A DNA stretch of 64,000 nucleotides from Candidatus Poribacteria bacterium. Its GTDB lineage: Bacteria; Poribacteria; WGA-4E; WGA-3G. This document shows positions 1-10,045 of the stretch, in pieces. The position numbers and the translations under genes are program-made. Within the stretch, counting starts at the first letter, position 1, and every line of letters starts with the position of its first letter. The notes under the pieces were generated by a model. That model was not told the origin of the DNA. It searched no databases and was given only the letters and a program-made list of their open reading frames with translations. Location: NCBI GenBank assembly GCA_958295945.1, contig OY282386.1:1303371-1367370 (forward strand). The letters run 5' to 3'.

Positions 1-1002
1 CCCGAAGCAGAATTACCAGAATTACAGAAAATTGCATCTCGTGCAGCGGCTTCAGAACTCAGGTATGGCACAGATGGTGATGCATCGGCATATCAAAACC
101 GTGACCTTGATCCGTTGGTGAATCGTTGGGATATGGGTGCGGATCCGCTTGAGTTTGCGAAACAACGGCGTGAGATTGTCGCCGGACTCTGGGACGAGAT
201 TGCAGATAAAGTTACAACAGATGGTATGGGGTATCAACGTGTGAGACGCGCATTCAGATCACTTCTCGGTGAGTATACTTCATCTATGTATCTTGCAGCA
301 CGTTTTATCGGTGGACAATACCATCACCGGGATCACAAGGGTGATAAAGATGGTCGTTTGCCTTATGTGCCAGTGCCAGCGAAGAAGCAACGTGAAGCAC
401 TTGCATTTATCAAGGAACATGCACTTTCTGATAAGGTTTTTGATTTTCCACCAGAACTGTTGAACAGCATTGCCATCACGCGTTGGAGTGATTGGGGAAC
501 AAGTAGTAATAACTCTTCTCGTTTGGATTATCCAATCCATGATGTTATTCTGCGAAACCAAGGTCAAATCCTGAGAAGATTGCTTGATGCGAATGTGCTT
601 TCACGCGTTCTGGACACAGAACTCAAGTTTTCTGGTGAAGATGCCTTCACAATGCCAGAACTCTTTACCGGTATTACAGATGCTGTTTGGGTTGAACTTG
701 ATAAAAATGCTGACGCTAATCAGTGGACAAATTCAGATGCATTTATCTCAAGTTTCAGGCGTGGATTACAACGTGAACATCTGAAGCTGTTGATTAAATT
801 GGTGTTAGCTGCAGATAGCGGTACACCTGAAGATGCGAGATCTCTTGCACGTCTACATCTAACACAAATCAATGGTCGTCTTAAGACTGTCCTGCAAAAT
901 TCTAAGGCAAAACTGGATGAGTACAGTGTTGCTCATCTTGAAGAATCGCAGGATCGTGTTGATAAGGCGTTGGCTGCAAACTTTAACGTTGAGAAGCGTT
1001 AG
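1..1002 (+). CDS. hypothetical protein, C-terminal part; the gene continues upstream of the window. Possibly a secreted metalloprotease-like protein, which I cannot confirm
   Basis: Frame 1 is open from base 1 to the TAG at 1000-1002 with no internal stop. The track ORF 115..1002 is only the first Met inside a longer reading frame. No motif seen that I can name with confidence. Confidence 0.5.
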   Translation, partial: PEAELPELQKIASRAAASELRYGTDGDASAYQNRDLDPLVNRWDMGADPLEFAKQRREIVAGLWDEIADKVTTDGMGYQRVRRAFRSLLGEYTSSMYLAARFIGGQYHHRDHKGDKDGRLPYVPVPAKKQREALAFIKEHALSDKVFDFPPELLNSIAITRWSDWGTSSNNSSRLDYPIHDVILRNQGQILRRLLDANVLSRVLDTELKFSGEDAFTMPELFTGITDAVWVELDKNADANQWTNSDAFISSFRRGLQREHLKLLIKLVLAADSGTPEDARSLARLHLTQINGRLKTVLQNSKAKLDEYSVAHLEESQDRVDKALAANFNVEKR

Positions 1003-1115
1003 ATGTTTGTTGGATCAAGGCTTCCTCTTTGCAGGATTAGAGACTGCATTGCTCAAAACCCTCAATATAGTGATATTTCGTGGATGCACCGCTATTCTGA
1101 TAAATGTCAGATAAC

Positions 1116-1340
1116 CTATTTTTCACTATCAGGTTTAGTATCAACTGGTTTAGGACTATCAACTGGCTTAGGGTTATCACCAGGTTTGCCAGATTCTGGA
1201 TTAGGTTTATCCTCAGGTCTCATTTTATCTGGCATTACTATAATTTCTGGAGGGTCGTACGACTCTTTGACCCTGTCTTTTTTTGGTAAGTCTACTGTAA
1301 TCCTTCGATTTGGTCGTTTAGTGCGATTCGATCTTGACAT
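1116..1340 (-). CDS. small basic Pro/Lys-rich protein, 74 aa (KPGDNPKPVDSPKPVDTKPD repeats)
   Basis: AAGGAG RBS 7 nt upstream of the ATG on the minus strand (revcomp of 1341-1360 reads AAGGAGATTGAATAATG). Tail-to-tail with the upstream gene. Confidence 0.5.
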   Translation of the reverse strand: MSRSNRTKRPNRRITVDLPKKDRVKESYDPPEIIVMPDKMRPEDKPNPESGKPGDNPKPVDSPKPVDTKPDSEK

Positions 1341-1402
1341 TATTCAATCTCCTTAATTAATAGAATTATAGTGGAATGGACAATTAATAGGACACGTCTC
1401 AG

Positions 1403-1426
1403 AGGGCGAGGAAACCTCGCCCCTAC
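1403..1426. repeat. single REP-like hairpin, minus orientation: GTAGGGGCGAGGTTTCCTCGCCCT
   Basis: GC-rich stem-loop beginning with GTAG. Same family as the elements at 6876, 20951, 23717 and 35524. Confidence 0.5.
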
Positions 1427-1538
1427 GGGACTTGTGGTACTTGCAAGTGCATTGAAATGTCTTCTTAATTCTAAACTTTACTATAATCTGGTAATGGGTT
1501 TCGTGACGTAATCTTGGCACACCCTTTGTTCTTTGTTA

Positions 1539-1600
1539 TCACACATCCATCCCCGCATCCCGATATGTCTGCTTAATCAATTTAATTTTCGTATCAAAAT
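1539..1600 (-). pseudogene. orphan 3'-terminal gene fragment of a methyltransferase paralog. It encodes ...DFDTKIKLIKQTYRDAGMDV* directly after an in-frame stop
   Basis: 38 bp (1541-1578) match 3465-3502, the 3' end of the MTase gene, with 3 mismatches. Similarity starts at the stop codon and ends abruptly. Only 20 codons are open. Confidence 0.5.
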
Positions 1601-1724
1601 CTTATGTGGGAATACAAGTGTTCATTGTCTGAATCGCGGATGCCACAGATGAACACGGGTTTTAAGCCTTTTCAATGTATATACTCTTCAGAATTAGCGG
1701 AACGGTATATCCGTAAGATGATTT

Positions 1725-3329
1725 TCAACTCCCATCATTTTTATTGCCGAGTTTTCCACTACGAACAACCAAAATGAGAAAATCAACGGTATCCAGAGCT
1801 TGTTTGAGGATTGCGATGAATGCTTCTTGCTGCCCCAGCTTATCAACTCCGAAGTACTTGGCAATCTTTTCGTAGTTACTACCTTTTCGATGTCCGCTAC
1901 CTGCGGACCGTAACGCCTGAAGTTTCTGTAAAAAAGAAACTCGGTGATCAGCATCTCCAACAGAATGGAAACAAAGAACTTCCTCAAGAATTTCAATGCT
2001 ACGTTTACCTTCAAGATTCACATTCTCTGCTGCGGACAAAAGCCTCTTTAGTGGTTTTACATTTATTGATTCAATTAATATCGTTTGAAGATCCTGAACT
2101 AAATCATCAAAATCACACTGTTCATCACTAACTGGGATCCTTAAGCGTCTGAGGCGATACTCATCTCCAGGCGACAGCGGTTTTAGTAACTGCCAACCAA
2201 GGCATTCGTCACATGCCTTTTGCAACTGCTCATAACTTTGCTTGAACAAGATATCTGGCTGATCTGAACTCGCCCACTCACCCTGAATCATACGTCTATA
2301 AAAAGTTTCACTCATACCATCTTTGGGCTGAATGTTATGGACCCGCCAATATTGTTGTTCTGCGTAAGGTAAAGAAATCCCAAGTTCATCTAAGAATACA
2401 CAAACTTTGTCAGGATCGTGGTTATCAATTTTCATACTCCACAATGAGGGATAACGCACCATTGAATCACCAACAGTGTATTTGCTAGGTTCATTGTAGT
2501 ACTTATCCAAAACCTGCTTGTCAAAATGGACAAGCGTAAGTTTGCAAGCTGTGTCTTCTCCATGAAAATCGTTCAGCTCACGCGGATCGCATGTGTGACA
2601 AATATCATCTCCATTCTCGTCAGTGTCTACGATAAATTCGACGTACTTCCGTTCCTCAGCGAAATCACCTAAACCGCTCTTAGACTTCAGTAGCGGTTTG
2701 ATAAGTCTTCTTCCTTTCAACCTGCTGTCTGATCGAAATTCTGGATAGGCAGTATGGTTACAACAATCATGTCTCCAACATATAAGACCATCGCGCTTGA
2801 ATTCACGTTCAATGTCGTTGAGGCCGAGTTCCTCAAGGGAATATCTTGAATACTCATTGAATTCAAACATTATTGACAGATACATTTCTTTGTCAGTTAA
2901 GAATTGGCGAATTTCCTTGAGTCTTATCTGAACTTCATGAGGCTTAACGATAGCGATCCTTTCTTCATTTCCAGCGTCATCAATCTTGATGTATGTATCC
3001 GTTTTTCTGTCGTGGTAGAGATCATGAAAAAGACGAAATTCTTCAGAAATCTCATTGTAATTTTCTCTTATTCCACCAAAACAACGAGGAATAATCAGCT
3101 CTTCAATCCCATTTTCAGTACCGTAGCGTATACCGACGTTCGCCTCAGAAAGCACTTGCTCAATTTGATCTGGAGGAATCAAATCAGAAAAAATGAAATA
3201 ATCCCGAGGACTTTCCATCTGTCGGTACACTGTCACCATGTCGATTGCTTTCTCCCGTCGTATCCATTCCAGATTATGTTTCTGGAATAACCGCTCCCGG
3301 TCCGATTCAATACTCATGGTTCCATTCAC
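1725..3329 (-). CDS. hypothetical Cys-rich protein (534 aa), downstream partner of the methyltransferase
   Basis: Long ORF co-oriented with the MTase and SNF2 genes. Cys clusters CWRHDCCNH and ICHTCD. I recognise no known domain. The 130-bp AT-rich upstream gap suggests its own promoter. Confidence 0.6.
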   Translation of the reverse strand: MNGTMSIESDRERLFQKHNLEWIRREKAIDMVTVYRQMESPRDYFIFSDLIPPDQIEQVLSEANVGIRYGTENGIEELIIPRCFGGIRENYNEISEEFRLFHDLYHDRKTDTYIKIDDAGNEERIAIVKPHEVQIRLKEIRQFLTDKEMYLSIMFEFNEYSRYSLEELGLNDIEREFKRDGLICWRHDCCNHTAYPEFRSDSRLKGRRLIKPLLKSKSGLGDFAEERKYVEFIVDTDENGDDICHTCDPRELNDFHGEDTACKLTLVHFDKQVLDKYYNEPSKYTVGDSMVRYPSLWSMKIDNHDPDKVCVFLDELGISLPYAEQQYWRVHNIQPKDGMSETFYRRMIQGEWASSDQPDILFKQSYEQLQKACDECLGWQLLKPLSPGDEYRLRRLRIPVSDEQCDFDDLVQDLQTILIESINVKPLKRLLSAAENVNLEGKRSIEILEEVLCFHSVGDADHRVSFLQKLQALRSAGSGHRKGSNYEKIAKYFGVDKLGQQEAFIAILKQALDTVDFLILVVRSGKLGNKNDGS

Positions 3330-3461
3330 CTCTTATTTGTAAATAGCAAAAGTGTATGTTAGTATGCTCTAACTTATGTAAAATAGTATATCACATATTT
3401 TCATGTTTGTCGTTGGAAAGGGTTTACACATATCACCCGCCGGGGTTAAGGGATAAGAGAC

Positions 3462-6400
3462 CTACACATCCATCCCCGCATCCTGATATGTTTGCCTAAT
3501 GAGTTGGATCTCTTGGTCTGTTAGTCCATACAAGTGATATACATATTCATCTATTTCCCGCTCAATTTCAGGCACGCGATCACTGTGTGGGTCTGCTAAT
3601 ATCTGTTCAACTAGTGCTGATAATTCCGCTTGTTGTTCTGTAGTGCGATCTGCGATTGGAACACGTCGCATATATTGTGCAATAAAACGTAAAGCTCCTC
3701 CAGTCCACGGATCATTGAGGCTTTGAAACCTGTGGCGTGCATACCAATCAATTAGTTGACTATTCAAAATTGCAAGTAAGGAAAGATCCTCAGTAGGTAG
3801 AATATAGGTAGTTTGTAAGCAGTATGTCTTTGTGGTATCATAACAAGCCCGCATAAATGGGCTAATATCAGGATAGATAATTTTGGGTTTTTCAAATTCT
3901 GCATAATAAGTGCTTGCCCACCGTTGCATTGCGTACCATTCATAACGAATTTCTGTTTCTGATCTGTTTCTCTGAGAAAGTCTATCTCTATATTGCAATA
4001 GATGATTATAAATGGATGGATAATTCTCTCTGAATTGATCTTCTGCGTTTTGAGATACACCAGAAATAGTAGTATCTTCATGTAATGGAAAGTGCCATGG
4101 GATGAATAGGAGGTATAATTTCGCCCACTCTGAACGGTATCGTTTTATATCACGTCCCCGCAGAAGTGGTTTGATGATATCGGTAGACTCTGGGTCTCGA
4201 GTTATCAATTCTTCCCGCTTTGTTTCATTAATGATAAATGCTTCATTGCATCCAGTCTTAATACCAAAGTAGAATCTGCCTTGTATTAGTTCAGTCAGTC
4301 GCATACCTGTATTTTGTAATTTTGTCAGTAGCTTAGTAACTTTTGACGGTACCAGCACCCAGGCATTAGGTGAAAAATTACTGGAATACATGGCAAATGC
4401 ACGTACTTGAAACACATCTGATAGACGAAGAATATCTGATTCGTCTCTAATAATTGCAGCGAGGAAAGTATCTTGATTTGGCGGAGTACTCTCAACAAGG
4501 ATGATACAAGTATTTACATTTGCTCTAAATACCGGAACACTCCCACAATCCAGGAGTTTATGGATTCGTTGGTCTTCGGATAAGAATTGTCGTAGTTTTT
4601 TCCCGTACCCCGCGCGCAGAAATTTGTTGGAAGAAATAAAAGTAAGAATCCCATTCATGCGAAGTAGTTCTGTCCCTCGTTTGTAGAAGTAGACGTAAAG
4701 GTCTGCCATACTCGTATAAACATCTGGAAACAAACGTTCCAAAATTGGTTTCATTGGTCTAATAAGTTCATGGCGGACATAAGGGGGATTACCGATAACA
4801 ACATCAAAACCACCTTCAAGGAACACCTCAGGGAATTCTGCCTCCCACATAAATTCATCATCGTTTACTTGAAAATCTTGGATATTTCCTCTGAGTTCAG
4901 CAATCTTTTCTCGGAGTCTCTGTTTATCATTTTCGTTGTGGGTTACCAGATATTCCGCTTGATGTTCTTGTATCTGTTCTATGAATTGGAGAGCGAAACC
5001 AAGATTTGCACCTAATGGGGTGGGACCGGTTAGACTATCACCTATTGCAACTTTATAGTCTAAGTTTGGCAGGGGTTGAGGTGTGTCACCTTCATAGTCC
5101 ACAGCAAGACTGAGCCACAAACGGAGCATTGCGATGTTGACTGCGAATTCGTCTTTGTCTACACCGTAAAGGTTGTTCTGTATGATGTCCAGTTTGCGTT
5201 GGTATATTGTGGGTGAATCTATCTGATTGCTTTGGAAAAGTGCTTCGCGTAGACGTAGTAATTCACTCATCATGCCGAGTAGATATGCACCACTGCCACA
5301 TGCTGGATCGCAGACACGTAGCGTTTGTAGGACATGGAGTACGTTCTCTGGATTTCGGATTTCGGTTGCATCTCCATCATCAACAAACTTCTTTAGGCAT
5401 TCCTCTGTTTCCTCTGTTTTATTCTTCAAACAGATTTTCAGACTTTCTCGGCACATAAAGGAGACAACGGGTCGCGGTGTGTAGTAGCTGCCCGTGTCGT
5501 GTCTTCCGGTGACGAGTTCTTCAAATACCTTCCCGAGCATCTCTGGGTCAACTGCTACCTCAACATCAAGTGGTGTGGATTCGGTTACTGTGAAGTTATA
5601 TCGTTCAAAGAGATTTAGGATTTCGGCAAATTCTTCGTTTGGGATATGGATAGCGTGTTGACGATCAAATTCATAATCCTTTCGCTCAAATAAACCACCG
5701 TTGAGAAATGGCACATCTCCTCTTGCTTCAACAAGTTCATCCAATTCTTCGTCTAAGTCCAGTTCACTACCAAGCCCATGAAAGAAAGCATAAAAGAGTC
5801 TGTCGTTGAGAAAGTTTTCATTGGGTTGGTTTTCTGTTGCCTTAAAAAGTGCGCGGAGATAATCACGGTTACCGTTGTAGGTGAGCCATCCCTTCTTTTC
5901 AATAAACCGAAGAAACATCAGTCGGTTAAAGAGACGTTGGGTATAGAGTCGTTTTGCTTCAGTGTCGTTTTCAGGAGTCCCATCAACAGCAGTTTCAACA
6001 CGGGCAAAGACGCGTTGGTAGTCGGCGAAGAATTTATCGGTAACTGCCTCAACATCGAATGCAGCCTTCCACGCGGTTAGCCATTCTTCGTCATTTGGAA
6101 ATCCATCGTAAGGTAATGCAAGTGCTGGTAGGTTATACTCACAGAGGGTGCGGATGTGTGTATCTCCCTGTTCCCATGAGAAGATGGAAAGCACGGCACG
6201 TCGCCAGTTTTCGTTTGCTGCAAAATGTGCAAAGGCGAAACGCTTAAAATCAGTTGTGGTGCAGATAAAGAGAAGGTTGTCATGTTCCCATGCGGGTAGG
6301 TTTGGATCATGATCGCGTCTATTGACGAGTCCGCGTAACACACGCCGCAGTGCAGTTCGGTAGATAGAGTCGTTGTTGAACTGGAGGAAGAAGATACCCC

Positions 6401-6647
6401 ACGGTTGTGTCTCTTCTATTAACCCTAATGTGGGTTGAGCGGGTGGGAATGGGGGCAGCTGCCAACTATCAACGATTCGGTCTTCAGTGTGTTCGTCAAG
6501 GTCAAGGTCTTCTGCGGACCACGAGAAGGCGACATCTTCAAATTCAACGTCATCCGGAATTCGCCAGTCGAGTTTATCGCGGAAAAAGTCTAAAAGTGAG
6601 TTGAAGTCACGGATGTTTTGAATGTCGTTTGGTGTAATTTGGGGCAT
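3462..6647 (-). CDS. Type IIL/IIG-like N6-adenine DNA methyltransferase (MmeI / BREX-PglX / DISARM-DrmMI family), possibly bifunctional with an N-terminal PD-DxK nuclease motif
   Basis: Motif I VCDPACGSGAYLLG and motif IV VIGNPPY. TaqI_C-like GIKTGCNEAFII. Family-typical C-terminus VYHLYGLTDQEIQLI. N-terminal HDNLLFICTTTDFKRF has D-x9-D-x-K spacing like the MmeI catalytic site. Confidence 0.8.
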   Translation of the reverse strand: MPQITPNDIQNIRDFNSLLDFFRDKLDWRIPDDVEFEDVAFSWSAEDLDLDEHTEDRIVDSWQLPPFPPAQPTLGLIEETQPWGIFFLQFNNDSIYRTALRRVLRGLVNRRDHDPNLPAWEHDNLLFICTTTDFKRFAFAHFAANENWRRAVLSIFSWEQGDTHIRTLCEYNLPALALPYDGFPNDEEWLTAWKAAFDVEAVTDKFFADYQRVFARVETAVDGTPENDTEAKRLYTQRLFNRLMFLRFIEKKGWLTYNGNRDYLRALFKATENQPNENFLNDRLFYAFFHGLGSELDLDEELDELVEARGDVPFLNGGLFERKDYEFDRQHAIHIPNEEFAEILNLFERYNFTVTESTPLDVEVAVDPEMLGKVFEELVTGRHDTGSYYTPRPVVSFMCRESLKICLKNKTEETEECLKKFVDDGDATEIRNPENVLHVLQTLRVCDPACGSGAYLLGMMSELLRLREALFQSNQIDSPTIYQRKLDIIQNNLYGVDKDEFAVNIAMLRLWLSLAVDYEGDTPQPLPNLDYKVAIGDSLTGPTPLGANLGFALQFIEQIQEHQAEYLVTHNENDKQRLREKIAELRGNIQDFQVNDDEFMWEAEFPEVFLEGGFDVVIGNPPYVRHELIRPMKPILERLFPDVYTSMADLYVYFYKRGTELLRMNGILTFISSNKFLRAGYGKKLRQFLSEDQRIHKLLDCGSVPVFRANVNTCIILVESTPPNQDTFLAAIIRDESDILRLSDVFQVRAFAMYSSNFSPNAWVLVPSKVTKLLTKLQNTGMRLTELIQGRFYFGIKTGCNEAFIINETKREELITRDPESTDIIKPLLRGRDIKRYRSEWAKLYLLFIPWHFPLHEDTTISGVSQNAEDQFRENYPSIYNHLLQYRDRLSQRNRSETEIRYEWYAMQRWASTYYAEFEKPKIIYPDISPFMRACYDTTKTYCLQTTYILPTEDLSLLAILNSQLIDWYARHRFQSLNDPWTGGALRFIAQYMRRVPIADRTTEQQAELSALVEQILADPHSDRVPEIEREIDEYVYHLYGLTDQEIQLIRQTYQDAGMDV

Positions 6648-6875
6648 TTGGTTGTCTCTATTCCGTAGTAAAGCAGCACTGCAATTTCTAGAGTGTATCT
6701 CGTAAAAACATAATTAAAGATTCGAAGTCGTGGACTTTTTGGAATTCGTAAGAAATATTGGGACGCATCTTATCACTATAACCTTATAGGTAGCCTCCTT
6801 TGTAAATTGCAAATTTAGCGATAGACATTATGCCGATTTAATTGTCCAATGTTGCTTCATTCAAAGGCGTGGCGT

Positions 6876-6940
6876 GTAGGGGCGGGGTTTCCCCGCCCGA
6901 CTGGAATACTCGTGGACAGGCGGGGAAACCCCGCCCCTAC
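6876..6940. repeat. REP pair in inverted orientation (BIME-like): GTAGGGGCGGGGTTTCCCCGCCC ... GGCGGGGAAACCCCGCCCCTAC
   Basis: Two GC-rich hairpins, each starting with GTAG, arranged head-to-head with a 20-nt spacer between the MTase and SNF2 genes. Confidence 0.6.
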
Positions 6941-6996
6941 GATGTTCACAGGGGACGCTGATTAATTCATTATAATGTCTGATATAGATATAAGTA

Positions 6997-9900
6997 TTAA
7001 CAAATTTCCATCCATGCGATGAGTTTAGGTTTTTCACCCATTGGTGTCTGTAATTTCATCAGGTGCTTTTGAATGTGTCGTTCAACTCTTTTGAGCTCAT
7101 TTCTAAGTCCACCAGGTCCTTGCTCAGTATAACGTTCTGTCCTTATATCACATCTGATTTCGGTCCAAATATCTCTGACATCTTCAATTATTGCATCGTT
7201 TTCAGCATCATAGAAGTACCATTTAATTTCATCGTTTGGCATTTGATAGCAACAGAACACACCGACATCCCCTATACGTCTAAGCTGGCTCAGCTCACCA
7301 TCACGATTGTACATAGGTGGCGGTTCTATACTTACATCTTTGCCTGAAAAGAGACGTTTTGGTAGGTCAGATAATTGTTCCCATAATTTAGGGTGGGCAT
7401 CGGAGATACGTTGGCGTTCAAGGTTCATCAATTCCTCAACACTTGCAGTCCCATCATACCGTTCATTGAATAGTCTGAGGGTTTCATTATCGTCTTCAGG
7501 TGAAACAAACTTGCCTTCAATACCGAGTGTTCGACTGATGCGTAGGATTTTGCCATCAACTCGTCTACGGAGTCTTAGGATATCCTCAAGTTCTTCTGGT
7601 GGCAGGAAATTCCAGACATGCACGGTTGGATCAGTGCGGTTAAGTTTGGCTTCAGTGTCTGCGTCAAGGCGTCGGTCTAACCTACCGATACGTTGCATGA
7701 GGCGGACAGGATTCCAATGTAGGTCGTAGTTGATAATAACGGACGCGTCCTGTAAGTTTAGACCTTCGGCAAGCACATCTGTTGTGATGAGTGTGTTGAC
7801 AGGTTCTCCACTTTGGAATTGGGTTTTTCCGTTGTAGAACGGTGCAAATCGTTCTATGATTTCCTCTCGATTCACCTTACGTCGGCTATCTATTTGTGCG
7901 ATGTCCGTTACGCCGGCGTTCTGCAGTTGCGTGTATAGGTAACGAGCAGTATCACAGAATTCAGTAAAGATGATTCGCTTTTCATAAGGTGCGGAATTTA
8001 AGAGTTTTATGAGTTGTTGTAGTTTGTCATCTTTCTCTGTGTCTGGTTCACCCCCTACCTCGTCAGCATAGAACGATCTATATATTTTGCTAAGGAGCAG
8101 CGTCAGAAAGTTCATGTCAACAACAACATCTGTAAACAATCTGTTTAAATCATGGTCTTCAGGTATGAATTCATCCTCAGTTTCAATGGATTCTATGTCA
8201 TCTTCTTCTTCAGTGGATTCAGGTTGTCGGATGCCATCTTCTTCGAGACGTTCTTTGATGTGCCGTTGCACAACGCCCCACCATCTACTATTAGTGCCTT
8301 CCCACTGCTCATACCGTTCAGGTGCATATTTTTTGAGCCATTCTGCCATCTTAAGGAGTAAGTTCTCGATGGTAACTTCAAAGGATCGCCATGAGCTTTC
8401 CAAACGTTTTAGCACGAGGGTACGGATTAGGCCGACAATCTGTTTTTGGCGATTCTCAAGTTGTCTTTCAGGGTTTTTGTGGTACCTGACAGTGTTATAG
8501 ATTGCAAGATTGATAAACGGGTAATGTCTGTCAAAAGCAGCCCTAAGTTCATCATAGAGGGATCCGTAGACTTTTTTGAGCGAGTATTCTACTGGGGATT
8601 CAATTTTACGTTTTGGAAAAAGTATATCCACCCCTGATTCCTGCTCGGATTCTTTTATATACTTACGACTCCGTTGAATAAGCACCTGTTTCAGTATAGG
8701 GTTTTGACGTAAGAAATCTTCTTCTTCAACCTGTTCAGCAATTTCTGTGTTTTCATTCTCAAGTTTTTTATCTATATCGCGAAAGTGTCTACGGAAATCA
8801 TGCACACCAATGCGTGAGAAATAATCCCTGCGATTCTGCCCGAAATAGTTTATCAGGTGATAAATGTCGTCTATACTGTTGTTTATTGGTGTAGCGGTCA
8901 GTAGATAGAGTTCTTTTTCTTTCGCAATATCCATCAACAACTTACCACGGTTGGAGCTTGCATTCCGAAAGTGGTGTGCTTCGTCTATGATAATTACCTC
9001 TACCCGTTGCTGAAAATGCTCAAGATCATCTTCGCTGATACCACCTTTACGACCAAAGTCTGTATGCAGTTTATGATCGTAGTGATCTCTAAGCAAACGT
9101 CTATATTTTGACTTTGCTCGGAGCAGACGTTTAATCTGACTGTTCCAAACGCTCTCAGCGACAGACTTTGGGGTAATGAGTAGCACGCGTTTGTTTTCTT
9201 GCAATGCGCGTTCAAGTATCATCAATCCGATGAATGTTTTACCACTACCGACACCATCGCAGATAAGTGCGCCTTTCCATGTCCCTGCAATTTGGAGTGC
9301 AGCATGGTAACCGTCTTTTTGGTATTGTGAGAGTGTTTGGTAAATAACGGATTCGTTTTCTTCCCAATCGTCAGCAGGTTTTTCGCGTCCTTCAAAATAT
9401 GCGTGAAGTGCTTTTGCATAGACAGTAAAAGGCGGATGTTTTTTGAGGTGTCGTTCTATAGTGCGTAGCAGTTCCGCTTTAACTTCGGTTCCTTCCTCCC
9501 ATCGTTCATCATACCATTCACGAAGTTTGGCGATATGTGTGGGTTCTGTAATAAAGGTGTTTAATTCTACGTTTTGGGTAAGACCGGGTGTAGTAAAGTT
9601 TGAACTACCTACGGTAGAAAAATTGACAGGACTTGAGGCATCGGCTTGCATCAAATTGAGTTTTGCATGAAATTTAGCATTGTCATATATGCGAATCAGG
9701 ATTTTTCCACGTCGAATTGCAGTGTGAACATCCGCAAGTCCTTGTAGGGTATCATCCTTTTCTTTTACGGATTCTAAGCTATCCTCGGTAACTGTTTGCA
9801 ATGCCTCAATTAGATGTTCCTTTGTACGCCTTGACGTTTCGTCTCCCATTAGGATACGGATACCGTCAAGGTGTTGCCACGTTTTTCCAAGTGACAAAAA

Positions 9901-10026
9901 CGCACCGATTTCAAATGTACCTGTGGCTATATCTAAGTTGACACTTTTCAATATAAGGGTTTCAAGGGCTTTTAGGAGGGTATTATCATTTACATTATCA
10001 ATTATTGTTGGTATCTGCATACACAT
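6997..10026 (-). CDS. fusion of a PLD-family (HKD) nuclease domain with an SNF2/SWI2-family helicase (DrmC+DrmD-like)
   Basis: N-terminal HKD motif FHAKLNLMQADASSPVNFSTVGSSNFT (HxKx4Dx6GSxN). SF2 helicase motifs GSGKT (ALICDGVGSGKTFIGL), DEAH-box IIIDEAHHFRN, LLTATPINN and a C-terminal helicase domain with QRIGRLDR. Confidence 0.8.
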   Translation of the reverse strand: MCMQIPTIIDNVNDNTLLKALETLILKSVNLDIATGTFEIGAFLSLGKTWQHLDGIRILMGDETSRRTKEHLIEALQTVTEDSLESVKEKDDTLQGLADVHTAIRRGKILIRIYDNAKFHAKLNLMQADASSPVNFSTVGSSNFTTPGLTQNVELNTFITEPTHIAKLREWYDERWEEGTEVKAELLRTIERHLKKHPPFTVYAKALHAYFEGREKPADDWEENESVIYQTLSQYQKDGYHAALQIAGTWKGALICDGVGSGKTFIGLMILERALQENKRVLLITPKSVAESVWNSQIKRLLRAKSKYRRLLRDHYDHKLHTDFGRKGGISEDDLEHFQQRVEVIIIDEAHHFRNASSNRGKLLMDIAKEKELYLLTATPINNSIDDIYHLINYFGQNRRDYFSRIGVHDFRRHFRDIDKKLENENTEIAEQVEEEDFLRQNPILKQVLIQRSRKYIKESEQESGVDILFPKRKIESPVEYSLKKVYGSLYDELRAAFDRHYPFINLAIYNTVRYHKNPERQLENRQKQIVGLIRTLVLKRLESSWRSFEVTIENLLLKMAEWLKKYAPERYEQWEGTNSRWWGVVQRHIKERLEEDGIRQPESTEEEDDIESIETEDEFIPEDHDLNRLFTDVVVDMNFLTLLLSKIYRSFYADEVGGEPDTEKDDKLQQLIKLLNSAPYEKRIIFTEFCDTARYLYTQLQNAGVTDIAQIDSRRKVNREEIIERFAPFYNGKTQFQSGEPVNTLITTDVLAEGLNLQDASVIINYDLHWNPVRLMQRIGRLDRRLDADTEAKLNRTDPTVHVWNFLPPEELEDILRLRRRVDGKILRISRTLGIEGKFVSPEDDNETLRLFNERYDGTASVEELMNLERQRISDAHPKLWEQLSDLPKRLFSGKDVSIEPPPMYNRDGELSQLRRIGDVGVFCCYQMPNDEIKWYFYDAENDAIIEDVRDIWTEIRCDIRTERYTEQGPGGLRNELKRVERHIQKHLMKLQTPMGEKPKLIAWMEIC

Positions 10027-10045
10027 CTCACTTTTTGTATAGTTT

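Noticed and set aside
1003-1356. 117-aa plus-strand ORF with GLGLSTGLGLSPGL repeats
   Set aside because: It is the antisense reading of the Pro/Lys-rich minus-strand gene at 1116-1340, which has a strong AAGGAG RBS. The plus ORF has no RBS and overlaps the stop of the upstream gene
1725-3329. Assignment of the 534-aa protein as DrmB (DUF1998), a restriction endonuclease or a specificity subunit
   Set aside because: It has Cys clusters but no motif I can match with confidence. Left as hypothetical pending profile searches
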